DNA of 42,452 bases from Candidatus Aminicenantes bacterium (GTDB taxonomy: Bacteria; Acidobacteriota; Aminicenantia; Aminicenantales; Saccharicenantaceae), in the NCBI GenBank assembly GCA_046496285.1, contig JAWOHF010000299.1, forward strand, positions 1 through 42,452. Reading direction: 5' to 3'. Shown piece by piece: positions 26,754 through 37,264 of this stretch (the first letter of the stretch is position 1; each line of letters begins with the position of its first letter). Below the pieces are notes generated by a model. That model was not told where the DNA came from. It saw only the letters and a list, made by a program, of their open reading frames with translations, and searched no databases. The translations under genes and the position numbers were made by a program.

Positions 26754-27071
26754 ATGGAAAAAATCAGAATCAGGCTGCAGTCCTTTGACCACCGCTTGCT
26801 CGATCAGTCCGTCAAGGATATCGTGGTGAAAGCGAAACGCACGGGCGCCAGCGTCGCGGGCCCCATCCCCCTGCCGACACGCATCCACAAGTTCTGCGTC
26901 CTCCGTTCTCCTCACGTAGACAAGAAGTCCAGGGAACATTTCGAGATGCGGATCCACAAGAGGCTCATCGACATCAGCGAGTACAACAACGAGACGATCG
27001 AGGAGCTGCAGAAGTTGGACCTGCCGGCCGGGATCGATGTCGAGATCCAGGCCACCGGGACGGGAGAATGA
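26754..27071 (+). CDS. rpsJ: 30S ribosomal protein S10
   Basis: [16 protein letters not shown]...PLPTR...[15 protein letters not shown]. Confidence 0.97.
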   Translation: MEKIRIRLQSFDHRLLDQSVKDIVVKAKRTGASVAGPIPLPTRIHKFCVLRSPHVDKKSREHFEMRIHKRLIDISEYNNETIEELQKLDLPAGIDVEIQATGTGE

Positions 27072-27721
27072 CCATGGTCGAAGGGTTGATCGGCAAGAAG
27101 ATCGGGATGACCCAGCAGTTCGACGAGAACGGCAACGTCATCCCCGTCACCGTCATCAAGGCCGGGCCCTGCACGGTCGTCCAGAAGAAGGTCCGCGAGA
27201 AGGACGGGTACGTCTCGATCCAGCTCGGGTTCGTCGAGGAGAAGAGCGTCCGCAAGCCCAACAAGCCGCAGCTCGGGCACTTCAAGAAGTCGGGCGTTCC
27301 GGTCGTCAAGAAGCTCCGCGAGTTCGGATGCACGGACCCGGCCGCCGTCAACGAGGGGGACCAGGTCCTGGTCGACATCTTCGAGGTCGGAGAGACCGTC
27401 CATGTCGTCGGGACGAGCAAGGGTAAGGGCTTCGCCGGCGTCGTCAAGAGGCACCATTTCCGCGGCGGCGGGGCCGCCCACGGCTCCATGTTCCACCGGG
27501 CGCCCGGTTCGATCGGCGCCTCGTCCTATCCGTCCCGGGTCGTCAAGGGCATGAGGATGGGCGGCCACATGGGAGACAGGCGGGTGACGGTCAGGAACCT
27601 CAAGGTCGTCGAGACGGACAAGGACAACAACCTTCTCCTCGTCCGGGGGGCCGTCCCCGGGGCCAACGGGAGCACCCTGCTCATCAAAAAAGGGAAGTTC
27701 GGTCCGCCGGGCGGCAAGTGA
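27068..27721 (+). CDS. rplC: 50S ribosomal protein L3 (an alternative ATG at 27074 is equally plausible)
   Basis: [17 protein letters not shown] and [17 protein letters not shown]. Confidence 0.95.
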   Translation: MTMVEGLIGKKIGMTQQFDENGNVIPVTVIKAGPCTVVQKKVREKDGYVSIQLGFVEEKSVRKPNKPQLGHFKKSGVPVVKKLREFGCTDPAAVNEGDQVLVDIFEVGETVHVVGTSKGKGFAGVVKRHHFRGGGAAHGSMFHRAPGSIGASSYPSRVVKGMRMGGHMGDRRVTVRNLKVVETDKDNNLLLVRGAVPGANGSTLLIKKGKFGPPGGK

Positions 27722-27738
27722 GCGGAAAAGAGGACACC

Positions 27739-28359
27739 ATGGCGAAACTGCAAGTCATCGATAGAAGCGGAAAGCCGTCCGCCGAAGTGGACCTTCCGGA
27801 GTCCGTTTTCTCCTACCCGGAGAAAGGTCACCTCATCTACGAGGCCGTCGTCAGCCAGTTGGCCAACCGGCGGCAGGGGACGGCGGCGACCAAGACCCGG
27901 GCCGCGGTCAGCGGCGGCGGAAAGAAGCCCTGGCGGCAGAAGGGGACAGGCCGGGCCCGCGTCGGCAGCACGCGTTCGCCTCTCTGGCGAAAGGGCGGCA
28001 CCGTTTTCGGGCCCCAGCCGCGGGACTATTCCACGGCCCTTCCCAAGAAGGCCCGGCGGAACGCCTTGCGTTCGGCCCTCGCCGGGAAGTACGCCGATGA
28101 GCGCCTCCTCGTCGTCGACGGCTTCGAGATCAAGGAGCCCAAGACCAAAGAGGCCCTGGCCCTGCTCAAGGCCTTCAACCTGGACTCGGCCCTGCTCGTG
28201 GATATGGCCGGGAACGTGAACCTGTTCCTGTCGGTGAGGAACCTGCCCGCGGTCAAGGCCGTCGACGTCAGGTCCCTCAACATCACCGACGTCCTGGCCC
28301 ACAAGTGGCTGGTCTTCAGCCGGCAGGCCTTCGAAACGGCCATGGAGAGATTGAAGTGA
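27739..28359 (+). CDS. rplD: 50S ribosomal protein L4
   Basis: A start at MAKLQVID, with an aagagga Shine-Dalgarno sequence upstream, is preferred over the GTG at 27718. Contains [16 protein letters not shown]. Confidence 0.93.
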   Translation: MAKLQVIDRSGKPSAEVDLPESVFSYPEKGHLIYEAVVSQLANRRQGTAATKTRAAVSGGGKKPWRQKGTGRARVGSTRSPLWRKGGTVFGPQPRDYSTALPKKARRNALRSALAGKYADERLLVVDGFEIKEPKTKEALALLKAFNLDSALLVDMAGNVNLFLSVRNLPAVKAVDVRSLNITDVLAHKWLVFSRQAFETAMERLK

Positions 28360-28652
28360 GCAAAGATCCGCGAAAGATCATCATCCGGCCCGTGATAACG
28401 GAGAAGAGCACACAGCTCAAGGAGGCCGACCGGGTCATCTGTTTCGAGGTCGCCCGGGACGCCAACAAGATCGAGATCAAGCAGGCCGTCGAGCTGCTGT
28501 TCAAGACCCGGGTCGAAGAGGTCCGGACCCAGATCAAGACGGGCAAGGTCCGCCGGGTGGGCCGGAACATGGGCAAGAGGAAGGACTGGAAAAAGGCCTA
28601 TGTCAAGCTCCGGGAAGGCGAGAAAATGATCGAATACTTCGAGGCGGCGTAA
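28356..28652 (+). CDS. rplW: 50S ribosomal protein L23 (GTG start overlapping the rplD stop as GTGA)
   Basis: [10 protein letters not shown]...FEV...[11 protein letters not shown]...KKAYVKL. Confidence 0.9.
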   Translation: MSKDPRKIIIRPVITEKSTQLKEADRVICFEVARDANKIEIKQAVELLFKTRVEEVRTQIKTGKVRRVGRNMGKRKDWKKAYVKLREGEKMIEYFEAA

Positions 28653-28653
28653 G

Positions 28654-29481
28654 ATGGGCATCAAAACATACAGGCCAATCACACCCGGCCTGCGCCACAG
28701 GACGGGCAACCGGTACGAGGAGCTGAGCGGGGACCGTCCCTACAAGCCCCTTCTCGTGTCCATCCCCAAGTCGGGCGGCCGCGACAACCGCGGGCGCCTG
28801 TCCATGAGGAACAGGGGAGGGGGGCACAAGAAGCTCTACCGGGTCATCGATTTCAAGAGGGACAAGATCGGCATCCCGGGGGTCGTGGAAACGGTCGAGT
28901 ACGATCCCAACCGGTCGTCGTTCATCTCCCTCGTCAAGTACCGGGACGGCGAGCGGCGCTACATCCTCTACCCGACCGGACTGCAGGTCGGCCAGGAGAT
29001 CCTGTCGACCGACAAGCAGGCCGACATCCTGCCGGGCAACGCCATGCCCCTCCGGTTCATCCCCATGGGCACCGTCATCCACAATATCGAGCTTCGCAAG
29101 GACAAGGGCGGACAGGTCGCCAAGTCCGCCGGAGCGGGGGCCCAGATCCTGGCCAAGGAGGGCGATTACGCCCAGGTGCGGCTGCCGTCCTCCGAGATCC
29201 GCAAGGTCCACCTCGATTGCCGGGCGACCGTCGGCCAGATCGGCAACCTCGACCACGGCAACATCAAGATCGGCAAAGCGGGCCGGAACCGCTGGAAGGG
29301 CATCAGGCCCCACGTCCGCGGCACGGCCATGAACCCCATCGACCATCCGCACGGCGGCGGAGAAGGGCGCTCCAAGGGCGGCCGTCACCCGGTCAGCCCG
29401 ACCGGCATCCCGACCAAGGGTTTCAAGACCCGCCGGAACAAGCGGACGCAGAGCTTCATCGTCAGGCGGAGGAGCAAGTAA
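28654..29481 (+). CDS. rplB: 50S ribosomal protein L2
   Basis: [13 protein letters not shown] and [17 protein letters not shown]. Confidence 0.97.
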   Translation: MGIKTYRPITPGLRHRTGNRYEELSGDRPYKPLLVSIPKSGGRDNRGRLSMRNRGGGHKKLYRVIDFKRDKIGIPGVVETVEYDPNRSSFISLVKYRDGERRYILYPTGLQVGQEILSTDKQADILPGNAMPLRFIPMGTVIHNIELRKDKGGQVAKSAGAGAQILAKEGDYAQVRLPSSEIRKVHLDCRATVGQIGNLDHGNIKIGKAGRNRWKGIRPHVRGTAMNPIDHPHGGGEGRSKGGRHPVSPTGIPTKGFKTRRNKRTQSFIVRRRSK

Positions 29482-29483
29482 TC

Positions 29484-29774
29484 ATGAGCAGAGCGGTAAG
29501 TAAAGGCCCGTTCATCGACGACCACCTTCTCGAGAAAGTCCAGGGCTTCGGTTCGGCCGCCGGGAAACGGCAGATCATCAAGACCTGGTCCCGGCGGTCG
29601 ACGATCATTCCCGAGATGGTCGGCATGACCATCGGGGTCCACAACGGCCGGAAGTTCATCCCGGTGTTCGTCACCGAGAACATGGTCGGCCATAAGCTGG
29701 GGGAATTCTCCCCGACCCGGACTTTCAGAGGACACACTTCCAAAACCGCAAAGCAGCTCAAAGTAGGAAAGTAA
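29484..29774 (+). CDS. rpsS: 30S ribosomal protein S19
   Basis: Internal start [12 protein letters not shown]. Contains [31 protein letters not shown]. Confidence 0.95.
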   Translation: MSRAVSKGPFIDDHLLEKVQGFGSAAGKRQIIKTWSRRSTIIPEMVGMTIGVHNGRKFIPVFVTENMVGHKLGEFSPTRTFRGHTSKTAKQLKVGK

Positions 29775-29775
29775 C

Positions 29776-30135
29776 ATGAGCGAGCCCAATCACCTGTCCC
29801 ACGCCGTTGTCCGCTTCGTGCGGATGAGCCCCCAGAAGGGCCGGCTGGTGGCCGACCTCATCCGGGACCGGTACGCCGGGGAGGCCCTGACCATCCTGCG
29901 GTTCAGCGAGAAGAAGAAGATCGCGGCCATCCTGGAAAAGGTCCTTCGCTCGGCCATCGCCAACGCCCAGCAGAAGTCCCCGGACGTCGACGTCGACGTT
30001 CTGTACGTATCGCGGATCGAGGTCAACGGAGGTCCGGTGGCCAAGAGGATCCGGCCGGCGCCCATGGGACGGGCCTACCGCGTCGTCAAGCGGACCAGCC
30101 ATGTCCATATTTACTTGAACGAAAAGGGGAAATGA
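29776..30135 (+). CDS. rplV: 50S ribosomal protein L22
   Basis: RMSPQKGRLVADLIRD, with conserved position and size. Confidence 0.95.
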   Translation: MSEPNHLSHAVVRFVRMSPQKGRLVADLIRDRYAGEALTILRFSEKKKIAAILEKVLRSAIANAQQKSPDVDVDVLYVSRIEVNGGPVAKRIRPAPMGRAYRVVKRTSHVHIYLNEKGK

Positions 30136-30138
30136 CGC

Positions 30139-30807
30139 ATGGGACAGAAAACACACCCGTTCGGGTTCCGGCTCGGGTTCAACAAGCAGTGGACGTCCCG
30201 ATGGTTCGCCAAAGGACCGGATTACGCCCGGCTCATCCATGAGGACCTGCGCATGAAAAAGGCCATCAAGGAGAAGTACTTCCACGCCGGCATCTCGGAA
30301 ATCGATGTCGAACGGATCGGACCGAAGGTCCGGGTCATCATCCACACGGCCCGGCCCGGCATCGTCATCGGCCGCGGCGGCAAGGAGATCGAGAGCCTCA
30401 AGGGGCTGCTTGAGAAGATCGCCAAGCGGGACGTCTACGTCGACATCCGCGAGGTCGACAAGCCCGAGCTCACGGCCATCCTCATCGGCGAAAGCATCGC
30501 CGTCCAGCTCGAGAAGCGCATCGCTTATCGCCGGGCCATGCGGCGGGCCGTGGACCTGGCCCTCAAGATGGGGGCCAAGGGCATCAAGGTCATGTGCGCC
30601 GGCCGGCTCGGCGGCGTCGAGATCGCCCGGTCCGAGTGGTACCTGAAAGGGCAGTTGCCCCTCCAGACCCTGAGGGCCGACATCGACTTCGCGCTCACCG
30701 AGGCGTTCACGACTTACGGGCAGATCGGCATCAAGGTCTGGGTCTACCGGGGCGACGTCGAGAAGCCGAAGATGACCTCCCAGATGGCGGAGGTCGAGGA
30801 GATCTAG
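30139..30807 (+). CDS. rpsC: 30S ribosomal protein S3
   Basis: [13 protein letters not shown], a KH domain, and [13 protein letters not shown]. Confidence 0.97.
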   Translation: MGQKTHPFGFRLGFNKQWTSRWFAKGPDYARLIHEDLRMKKAIKEKYFHAGISEIDVERIGPKVRVIIHTARPGIVIGRGGKEIESLKGLLEKIAKRDVYVDIREVDKPELTAILIGESIAVQLEKRIAYRRAMRRAVDLALKMGAKGIKVMCAGRLGGVEIARSEWYLKGQLPLQTLRADIDFALTEAFTTYGQIGIKVWVYRGDVEKPKMTSQMAEVEEI

Positions 30808-30809
30808 CC

Positions 30810-31232
30810 ATGTTGATGCCCAAGAAAGTCAAGTTCCGCAAGCAGCAGCGCGGCCGGATGCGGGGCAAGGCCCAGAGAGGGGGCACCCTGTCGTTCGGGG
30901 AGTTCGGCCTCCAGGCCCTCGAGCCGGGCTGGCTGACCTCCCGGCAGATCGAGGCCGGCCGCATCACCATCACCCGGCACATGAAGCGCAAGGGCAAGCT
31001 CTGGATCCGGACCTTTCCCTGGAAATCGGTCACCAAGAAACCGACCGAGGTCCGCATGGGAAAAGGCAAGGGCGACCCCGAATTCTGGGTCGATGTCATC
31101 CGGCCCGGCAAGATCATCTTCGAGGTCGAAGGGATCGACGAGGAGATGGCCCGCGAAGCCATGCGCCTGGCCGCCCACAAGCTGCCGGTCAGGACCCGTT
31201 TCATCTCCCGGGAAGCGAGGGAACTGAGATGA
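30810..31232 (+). CDS. rplP: 50S ribosomal protein L16
   Basis: Internal start [19 protein letters not shown]. Contains [12 protein letters not shown]. Confidence 0.95.
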   Translation: MLMPKKVKFRKQQRGRMRGKAQRGGTLSFGEFGLQALEPGWLTSRQIEAGRITITRHMKRKGKLWIRTFPWKSVTKKPTEVRMGKGKGDPEFWVDVIRPGKIIFEVEGIDEEMAREAMRLAAHKLPVRTRFISREARELR

Positions 31233-31426
31233 AGACCCGAGAACTGAGGGAAATGTCGGCCGAGGAGCTGCGGACCAAGCACGCGGAGCTCGATGAACAG
31301 CTCTTCAAGCTCCGCTTCCAGAAGTCGCTGGGGCAGCTGGACAGCCCGATGAAGATCAAGAACATCAAGAAGGACATCGCCCGCATCAAGACGCTTCTGA
31401 GCGGCATCCAGAAGACGACGGAGTAG
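31229..31426 (+). CDS. rpmC: 50S ribosomal protein L29
   Basis: A 65-aa ORF with [26 protein letters not shown]. Confidence 0.95.
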   Translation: MKTRELREMSAEELRTKHAELDEQLFKLRFQKSLGQLDSPMKIKNIKKDIARIKTLLSGIQKTTE

Positions 31427-31429
31427 AGA

Positions 31430-31849
31430 ATGGACACCATCGGACAAAAACGGAAGACGACCAAGGTCGGGACCGTCATCGCCCGGAAGATGAGTAAGAC
31501 GGTCACGGTCCAGGTGGTCCGGCAGATCCGGCACCCCCTCTACAAGAAGATCGTCCGGAAGAAACAGACCTTCCTCGTCCACGACGAGACCGAGAAGTGC
31601 AAGATCGGCGACGTGGTCCGGATCATCGAGACGCGCCCCATCAGCAAGCTGAAGCGCTGGCGCGTCCTCGAGATCGTCGGGATGAAGCCGGCCCTGACGG
31701 CCTCCGAGCTTGCCGAGGTCGTCGAGACCGCCGAAGCCGGTGAGCCCGTTGAAAGCGCCGAGGTCGTCGAGACCGCTGAAAACGTCGAGGCCGCCGAAGC
31801 CGGTGAGCCGGTTGAGGTCAGCGAGCCTGCCGACGGAGAACCCCGATGA
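31430..31849 (+). CDS. rpsQ: 30S ribosomal protein S17 with an acidic C-terminal extension of about 55 aa
   Basis: The core reads [16 protein letters not shown]...HPLYKK...VHDE...[18 protein letters not shown]. It is followed by an E/A/V/P-rich repeat tail. Confidence 0.93.
   Translation: MDTIGQKRKTTKVGTVIARKMSKTVTVQVVRQIRHPLYKKIVRKKQTFLVHDETEKCKIGDVVRIIETRPISKLKRWRVLEIVGMKPALTASELAEVVETAEAGEPVESAEVVETAENVEAAEAGEPVEVSEPADGEPR
31712..31819 (+). repeat. Imperfect in-frame tandem duplication (period about 45 nt) inside the rpsQ 3' extension
   Basis: gccgaggtcgtcgagaccgc occurs at 31712 and at 31757. gccgaagccggtgagcc occurs twice, about 60 nt apart. At the protein level this gives [14 protein letters not shown] / [20 protein letters not shown]. 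Confidence 0.8.
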
Positions 31850-32214
31850 TCCAGATGCGCACGATGCTCAAGGTGGCCGATAACTCCGGCGCCCGGAAGA
31901 TCCAGGCCATCACGCCGATCGGCGGCGGGGTCGGCCGGGTGGCCCGGATCGGGGACGTCATTTCCGCGTCGGTCAAGGAGGCGGAGCCGGAAAGCAAGAT
32001 CGCCAAGGGCAAGGTCGTCCGGGCGGTCGTCGTCCGGACCCGCAAGGAGCTGCGCCGCAAGGACGGCTCCTACATCCGCTTCGAGGACAACGCCGCCGTC
32101 ATCATCGACAAGGCCGGGGAGCCCCTGGGAACGCGCGTCTTCGGGCCGGTGGGCCGGGAGCTCCGCGAACGCAAGTTCACGAAGATCGTGTCCCTGGCCC
32201 CGGAGGTCCTGTGA
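31846..32214 (+). CDS. rplN: 50S ribosomal protein L14
   Basis: [18 protein letters not shown] is the canonical L14 N-terminus. Confidence 0.97.
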   Translation: MIQMRTMLKVADNSGARKIQAITPIGGGVGRVARIGDVISASVKEAEPESKIAKGKVVRAVVVRTRKELRRKDGSYIRFEDNAAVIIDKAGEPLGTRVFGPVGRELRERKFTKIVSLAPEVL

Positions 32215-32546
32215 TGAACAAGATCCAGCTCAAGAAGAACGACCTCGTCGTCGTCATCCGCGGGAAGGACAAGGGCAAGACCGGCAAGGTCCTGAAGCTG
32301 TTCCCCGAGACCAACCGGGTCATCGTCGAGAGGATCAACTTCAGCAAGCATTTCGTCCGGGCCGACCGCAGCAAGAACGTCCAGGGCGGGGTCATGGAGA
32401 AGGAGACCCCCATCCACGTCTCCAACGTCATGCTGTACTGCTCGGACTGCGGTCAGGGCGTGCGGGCCCGCAGCCGCCGGCTCGAGGACGGCAGCCGCAT
32501 CCGGCTCTGCCACAAGTGCGACGCGCAGATCGAGAAGCAGAAGTGA
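32211..32546 (+). CDS. rplX: 50S ribosomal protein L24, with a C-terminal CxxC...CxxC (start at GTG 32211 or ATG 32214)
   Basis: KOW motif [15 protein letters not shown], then CSDC...CHKC at residues 77-103. Confidence 0.93.
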   Translation: MMNKIQLKKNDLVVVIRGKDKGKTGKVLKLFPETNRVIVERINFSKHFVRADRSKNVQGGVMEKETPIHVSNVMLYCSDCGQGVRARSRRLEDGSRIRLCHKCDAQIEKQK

Positions 32547-32556
32547 GGGTCCAACC

Positions 32557-33099
32557 ATGAGCCGCCTATACGAAAAATACCGTACGGAGGTCGTCCCTGA
32601 GCTCCGCGAGGCGTTGGGGATCGACAACGTCATGGCCGTCCCCCGCCTCGAAAAGATCATCGTCAACGTGGGCGCCGGCGACGCCATCCAGAACATCAAG
32701 CTGTTGGACACGGCCAAGGCCGAGCTCGGGCTGATCACCGGTCAGCTCCCGGCCATCAGCCGGGCCAAGAAGTCCATCTCGTCCTTCAAGCTGAGGAAGG
32801 GCCAGCCCATCGCCTGTTTCGTGACCTTGCGGGGCCGCCGCATGTACGAGTTCTTCGACCGGCTCGTCAACATCGTCCTGCCCCGCGTGCGGGACTTCCG
32901 GGGCGTCCCGCCGACGTCCTTCGACGGCCGGGGCAATTACACCCTCGGCATGCGCGATCAGCTCGTTTTCCCCGAGATCGATTACACCAAAGTGGAGCGG
33001 CCCCGGGGCATGAACATCACGATCGTGACCACGGCCCGGACCGACGACGAGTCCCGCGCCCTGCTGAAGAAGCTGGGCATGCCATTCCGGGAATCCTGA
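32557..33099 (+). CDS. rplE: 50S ribosomal protein L5
   Basis: RDFRG...[20 protein letters not shown]. Confidence 0.97.
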   Translation: MSRLYEKYRTEVVPELREALGIDNVMAVPRLEKIIVNVGAGDAIQNIKLLDTAKAELGLITGQLPAISRAKKSISSFKLRKGQPIACFVTLRGRRMYEFFDRLVNIVLPRVRDFRGVPPTSFDGRGNYTLGMRDQLVFPEIDYTKVERPRGMNITIVTTARTDDESRALLKKLGMPFRES

Positions 33100-33114
33100 G
33101 AAGCGAGGTAGAAC

Positions 33115-33300
33115 GTGGCGACAACTGCACGCATGGCCAAAATGGTCAGAAAACCGAAATACGAGATCCGCGTCCGGCGGCGCTGCCGCCTCTGCGGACG
33201 CTCCCGGGGCTATTACCGGAAGTTCGACCTCTGCCGGTTGTGCTTCCGCCAGCTGGCCCTCAAGGGGGACATCCCGGGCATCACGAAATCGTCGTGGTGA
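33115..33300 (+). CDS. rpsN: 30S ribosomal protein S14, short zinc-binding type Z (GTG start)
   Basis: A 61-aa ORF with [26 protein letters not shown]...GITKSSW. Confidence 0.95.
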   Translation: MATTARMAKMVRKPKYEIRVRRRCRLCGRSRGYYRKFDLCRLCFRQLALKGDIPGITKSSW

Positions 33301-33321
33301 CATTGAGGAAAGGATAAAGCC

Positions 33322-33711
33322 ATGGATCCCATCGCCGACCTGCTGACGCGGATTCGCAACGCCGCGAAGTCCAAGAAGAGGGAAGTCAATATCCCTTCCT
33401 CCCGGACGAAGATCGAGATCGTCAGAATCCTCAAGGAGGAGGGCTACATCAGGAACTTCAAGGTCCTCGAGGACGGCAAGCAAGGCCTGATCAACGTGAC
33501 CCTGAAGTACACGGAGGACAACGCCAGTGTCATCGGCGGTCTCCGCCGGGTCAGCAAGCCGGGCTGCCGGATCTTCTGCGCCAGGGACACCGTCCCCAAG
33601 GTCCTCGACGGCCTGGGGCTGGTCATCGTCTCGACGTCGAAGGGTGTCATGACGGGGAAGAAGTGCGAGGAACTGGGCGCCGGCGGGGAAGTCCTCTGTA
33701 GCGTCTGGTAG
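33322..33711 (+). CDS. rpsH: 30S ribosomal protein S8
   Basis: DPIADLLTRIRNA...GLVIVSTSKGVMT...GGEVLCSVW. Confidence 0.97.
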   Translation: MDPIADLLTRIRNAAKSKKREVNIPSSRTKIEIVRILKEEGYIRNFKVLEDGKQGLINVTLKYTEDNASVIGGLRRVSKPGCRIFCARDTVPKVLDGLGLVIVSTSKGVMTGKKCEELGAGGEVLCSVW

Positions 33712-33729
33712 GCACGAAAAGAGGTCATT

Positions 33730-34275
33730 ATGTCTAGAGTCGGAAAAAAGCCCATCCCGATCCCGGCGGATGTCACCGTCACCCTCCATCCCGACCGGAT
33801 CGAGGTCGAAGGGAAAAAGGGCAAGCTTACGTCGCCCCTCTACACGGGCATCCGGGCCGCCCTCGACGGCGGCAGCCTGGTCCTGACCCGGGACGACGAG
33901 ACCAAGACGGTCCGCACCCTCCACGGGCTGTGCCGGTCCCTGGCCCAGAACGCCGTGGTCGGCGTCACCCAGGGCTTCATGAAGAAGCTGGAGATCGTCG
34001 GCGTCGGCTACAAGGCGAAGATCGACAAGGGCAAGCTCGAGATCAGCCTGGGGTATTCCCGGCCGATCCTCTACACGATCCCCGAGGGGGTCGAGATCAC
34101 CGCCGAGAAGCCCACCCTCCTGACGGTCCAGGGCATCGACCGGCAGAAGGTCGGCCAGGCGGCGGACGACATCAAGAGGCTCCGCCTTCCGGACCCCTAC
34201 AAGCAGAAGGGCGTCCGGTACGTCGGCGAGAAACTCATCAAAAAAGAACGAAAGGCGGGGGTGAGCGGTGCTTAA
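33730..34275 (+). CDS. rplF: 50S ribosomal protein L6
   Basis: MSRVGKKPIPIP and PDPYKQKGVRY. Confidence 0.97.
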   Translation: MSRVGKKPIPIPADVTVTLHPDRIEVEGKKGKLTSPLYTGIRAALDGGSLVLTRDDETKTVRTLHGLCRSLAQNAVVGVTQGFMKKLEIVGVGYKAKIDKGKLEISLGYSRPILYTIPEGVEITAEKPTLLTVQGIDRQKVGQAADDIKRLRLPDPYKQKGVRYVGEKLIKKERKAGVSGA

Positions 34276-34642
34276 AGACAAGACGATCGCCAAGAAGATC
34301 AGGGATACTCGCATCCGGAAGCGGATCCGGGAGAAGGTCCGGGGAACGCCGGAGCGGCCCCGGCTCCACGTGTTCAAGAGCAACACCTATGTCTACACCC
34401 AGGTCGTCAACGACCAGGCCGGGGCGGTCCTGTTGTCGGCCTCGACCCTGGAGAAGGAGTTCCGCGAGTCGTCCAAGAACAGCAAGAACAAGGACGCCTG
34501 CGAACGGCTGGGCGTGCTGCTGGCCAAGCGGCTGAAGGCCGCCAAGATCGAGAGCATCGTGTTCGACCGGGGGACCACCCCCTATCACGGGCGCGTCAAG
34601 GCCCTGGCGGAAGCCATCCGGAAGGAAGGGATCCGGTTCTGA
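34268..34642 (+). CDS. rplR: 50S ribosomal protein L18 (GTG start)
   Basis: [18 protein letters not shown] and FDRG...[16 protein letters not shown]. Confidence 0.95.
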   Translation: MLKDKTIAKKIRDTRIRKRIREKVRGTPERPRLHVFKSNTYVYTQVVNDQAGAVLLSASTLEKEFRESSKNSKNKDACERLGVLLAKRLKAAKIESIVFDRGTTPYHGRVKALAEAIRKEGIRF

Positions 34643-34672
34643 GGCCGGGCCCGAGCGAGAGGAGACGAGAGC

Positions 34673-35191
34673 GTGGAAGATCGAAGATTCAGAAGGGTCG
34701 GAGTGGTCGACGACGAGGGCATGGAGCTCAAGGACCAGGTCATCTCCATCCGCCGGGTCACCAAGGTCGTCAAGGGAGGCAAGAACCTCAGCTTTTCGGC
34801 GCTGGTCGCCGTCGGCGACGAGAGAGGCCGGGTCGGCATCGGCAAGGGCAAGGCCCGGGAGGTCCCTCAGGCCATCTCCAAGGGCATCGAAGCGGCCAAG
34901 AAGAGCATGTACCGCGTCCCCCTGGCTGACACGACCATCCCCCATCTCGTCAAGGGCGTCGACGGGGCCGGCCTGGTCGTCCTCCGTCCGGCCTCGAAAG
35001 GGACGGGCGTCATCGCCGGCGGCGCCGTCCGGGTCATCATGCAGTTGGCCGGTATCCGGGACATCCTGACCAAGTCCATCCGGAGCACCAATCCCATCAG
35101 TGTCGCCAACGCGACCATGGACGCCCTGCGCCGCCTCCGGAACCCCGACGACATGGCCAGGATCCGCGGAAAGGCGAAAGGTGCGCTATGA
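34673..35191 (+). CDS. rpsE: 30S ribosomal protein S5 (GTG start)
   Basis: [43 protein letters not shown]. Confidence 0.95.
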   Translation: MEDRRFRRVGVVDDEGMELKDQVISIRRVTKVVKGGKNLSFSALVAVGDERGRVGIGKGKAREVPQAISKGIEAAKKSMYRVPLADTTIPHLVKGVDGAGLVVLRPASKGTGVIAGGAVRVIMQLAGIRDILTKSIRSTNPISVANATMDALRRLRNPDDMARIRGKAKGAL

Positions 35192-35439
35192 CGGATAAAG
35201 AGACCAAGCCGAATAAAAGCCCCAAGAAGAGCGCTGCGGCCGACGGTCCGGACCGCTTTCTGAAGATCACCCTGGTCCGCAGCCTCATCGGGTACACCAA
35301 AGACCAGTGGGAGACGGCCAAGGGGCTCGGATTGAGGAAGCTCCAGTCGAGCGTCGTCCGGCGGGAGTCCCCGGAGATCCTCGGGATGGTCCGCAAGATC
35401 TCCCACGTCCTGAAAGTGGAGGCTGTGGAAAAGCCATGA
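35188..35439 (+). CDS. rpmD: 50S ribosomal protein L30 with an N-terminal extension of about 24 aa
   Basis: The core reads LKITLVRSLIGYTKDQWETAKGLGLRKL...VRKISHVLKVE. It is preceded by the Lys/Pro-rich stretch [24 protein letters not shown]. Confidence 0.9.
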   Translation: MTDKETKPNKSPKKSAAADGPDRFLKITLVRSLIGYTKDQWETAKGLGLRKLQSSVVRRESPEILGMVRKISHVLKVEAVEKP

Positions 35440-35882
35440 ATCTCAGCAACCTGAAACCGGCCCCGGGATCGAAGCGCGACAGGAAGAGAGTGGGGCGAGG
35501 CCCCGGCTCCGGCCACGGCAAGACGTCGGGCCGAGGGCACAAGGGCCAGCTCTCCGGCAGCGGCTATTCTGGCAAGCGGGGTTTCGAGGGCGGTCAGATG
35601 CCCCTCGTCCGCCGCATCCCGAAGCGGGGCTTCACGAACATCTTCCGCGTCGAATACACGGTCGTCAATCTGGACAAGCTGGCCAAGATCGCCAAGAGCG
35701 AGATCCAGCTCAAGGACATGGTCGAGTCCGGTCTGATCAAGAAAGAGTCGGAACGCGTCAAGGTCCTGGGACGGGGCGAGATGGCTGCGGCCAAGACCAT
35801 CCACGCCCACCAGTTCTCCGCGTCCGCGACGAAGAAGATCGAAGACAAAGGCGGGCGGGCCGTGACCATCGGGAAAGACTAA
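35436..35882 (+). CDS. rplO: 50S ribosomal protein L15
   Basis: Internal start MNLSNLKPAPGSKRDRKRVGRGPGSGHGKTSGRGHKGQ overlaps the rpmD stop as ATGA. Confidence 0.95.
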   Translation: MNLSNLKPAPGSKRDRKRVGRGPGSGHGKTSGRGHKGQLSGSGYSGKRGFEGGQMPLVRRIPKRGFTNIFRVEYTVVNLDKLAKIAKSEIQLKDMVESGLIKKESERVKVLGRGEMAAAKTIHAHQFSASATKKIEDKGGRAVTIGKD

Positions 35883-37264
35883 TGTTGGACAGCATCCGTA
35901 ACATCTTCAGCATCCCCGAGTTGCGCAAGAGGGTCATTTTCACCCTCCTCCTCCTTGCGGTGTACCGGATCGGCGGGCAGATCCCGAACCCGGGCCTGTC
36001 CGCGGCCGCCCTGGAAGAGTTCTGGCAATCCCAGAAGGGCTCCCTGCTGGGATTCATCGACCTGTTCTCGGGGCAGAACATGTCCCGCATGACCATCTTC
36101 GCCCTGGGCATCATGCCCTACATCAGCGCCTCGATCATCCTCCAGCTGCTGACGGTCGTCTGGCCCTACCTCGAGCGCCTGTCCAAGGAAGGGGAGCTCG
36201 GCCGCAAGAAGATCACCCAGTACACCCGCTACGGCACGATCATCATCTGTCTCATCCAGGCCTTCGGCATCGCCATCTTCCTCGAGGCTATCCGGACGCC
36301 GGCCGGGGCCTTGGTCGTCCCCAACCCCGGGCTGGGCTTCAAGTTCCTGACCGTCCTGACCCTGACGACGGGGACCATCTTCGTCATGTGGCTCGGCGAG
36401 CAGATCTCGGAGCGGGGCATCGGCAACGGCATCTCGCTGATCATCTTCGCCGGCATCGTCGTCAGCTTCCCGAGCGGGCTCATCAGCCTGCTCTCGGGCC
36501 TGCGGACGGGGACCATGGACCCGCTGACGCTCCTCTTTCTGGGGGCCCTCATGCTGGGGGTCGTGGCCTTCATCGTCTTCGTCGAGCGGGGCCAGAGGCG
36601 GATCCCGGTCTCCTACGCCAAGAGGGTCGTCGGCCGGAAGGTCTACGGGGGCCAGAGCACGCACCTCCCGCTGCGGGTCAACACGGGCGGGGTCATCCCC
36701 ATCATCTTCGCCGCCTCCGTCATCACCATCCCGTCGACCATGGCCGGCCTCATCAAGGTCCCGGCCATCCAGAACATCGCCGCCCAGTTCGGGCTGGGCA
36801 TGCCCCTCTATAACCTCTTCTACGTCGCGGCCATCATCTTCTTCACCTATTTCTACATCTCGATCATCTTCAACCCGGTCGACGTGGCCGACAACCTCCG
36901 CAAGTACGGCGGCTTCATCCCGGGCATCCGTCCGGGCAAGAACACCTCGGACTACATCGACGAGGTCCTCAGCCGGATCACGCTGGTCGGCGCCGTCTAC
37001 CTGGCCGCCGTGGCCATCCTGCCGGAGTTCCTGATCACCGGGTTCAAGGTCCAGGCCCTGCCCTGGGTGGGAACCTTCCTCGAGGCCAACCTGCCGAAGT
37101 TCCTGACCCAAGGGCTGGGCATCGACTTCATGTTCGGCGGGACGTCCATCCTGATCGTCGTGGGTGTGGCCATGGACACCATGCAGCAGATCGAGGCCCA
37201 GCTCGTCATGCGGCACTACGACGGCTTCATGCGCCGGAGCCGGATCCGGGGGAGAAGGGGATGA
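35882..37264 (+). CDS. secY: Preprotein translocase subunit SecY
   Basis: A 460-aa, 10-TM protein with LGIMPYISASIILQLL and GEQISERGIGNGISLIIFAGI. Confidence 0.97.
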   Translation: MLDSIRNIFSIPELRKRVIFTLLLLAVYRIGGQIPNPGLSAAALEEFWQSQKGSLLGFIDLFSGQNMSRMTIFALGIMPYISASIILQLLTVVWPYLERLSKEGELGRKKITQYTRYGTIIICLIQAFGIAIFLEAIRTPAGALVVPNPGLGFKFLTVLTLTTGTIFVMWLGEQISERGIGNGISLIIFAGIVVSFPSGLISLLSGLRTGTMDPLTLLFLGALMLGVVAFIVFVERGQRRIPVSYAKRVVGRKVYGGQSTHLPLRVNTGGVIPIIFAASVITIPSTMAGLIKVPAIQNIAAQFGLGMPLYNLFYVAAIIFFTYFYISIIFNPVDVADNLRKYGGFIPGIRPGKNTSDYIDEVLSRITLVGAVYLAAVAILPEFLITGFKVQALPWVGTFLEANLPKFLTQGLGIDFMFGGTSILIVVGVAMDTMQQIEAQLVMRHYDGFMRRSRIRGRRG

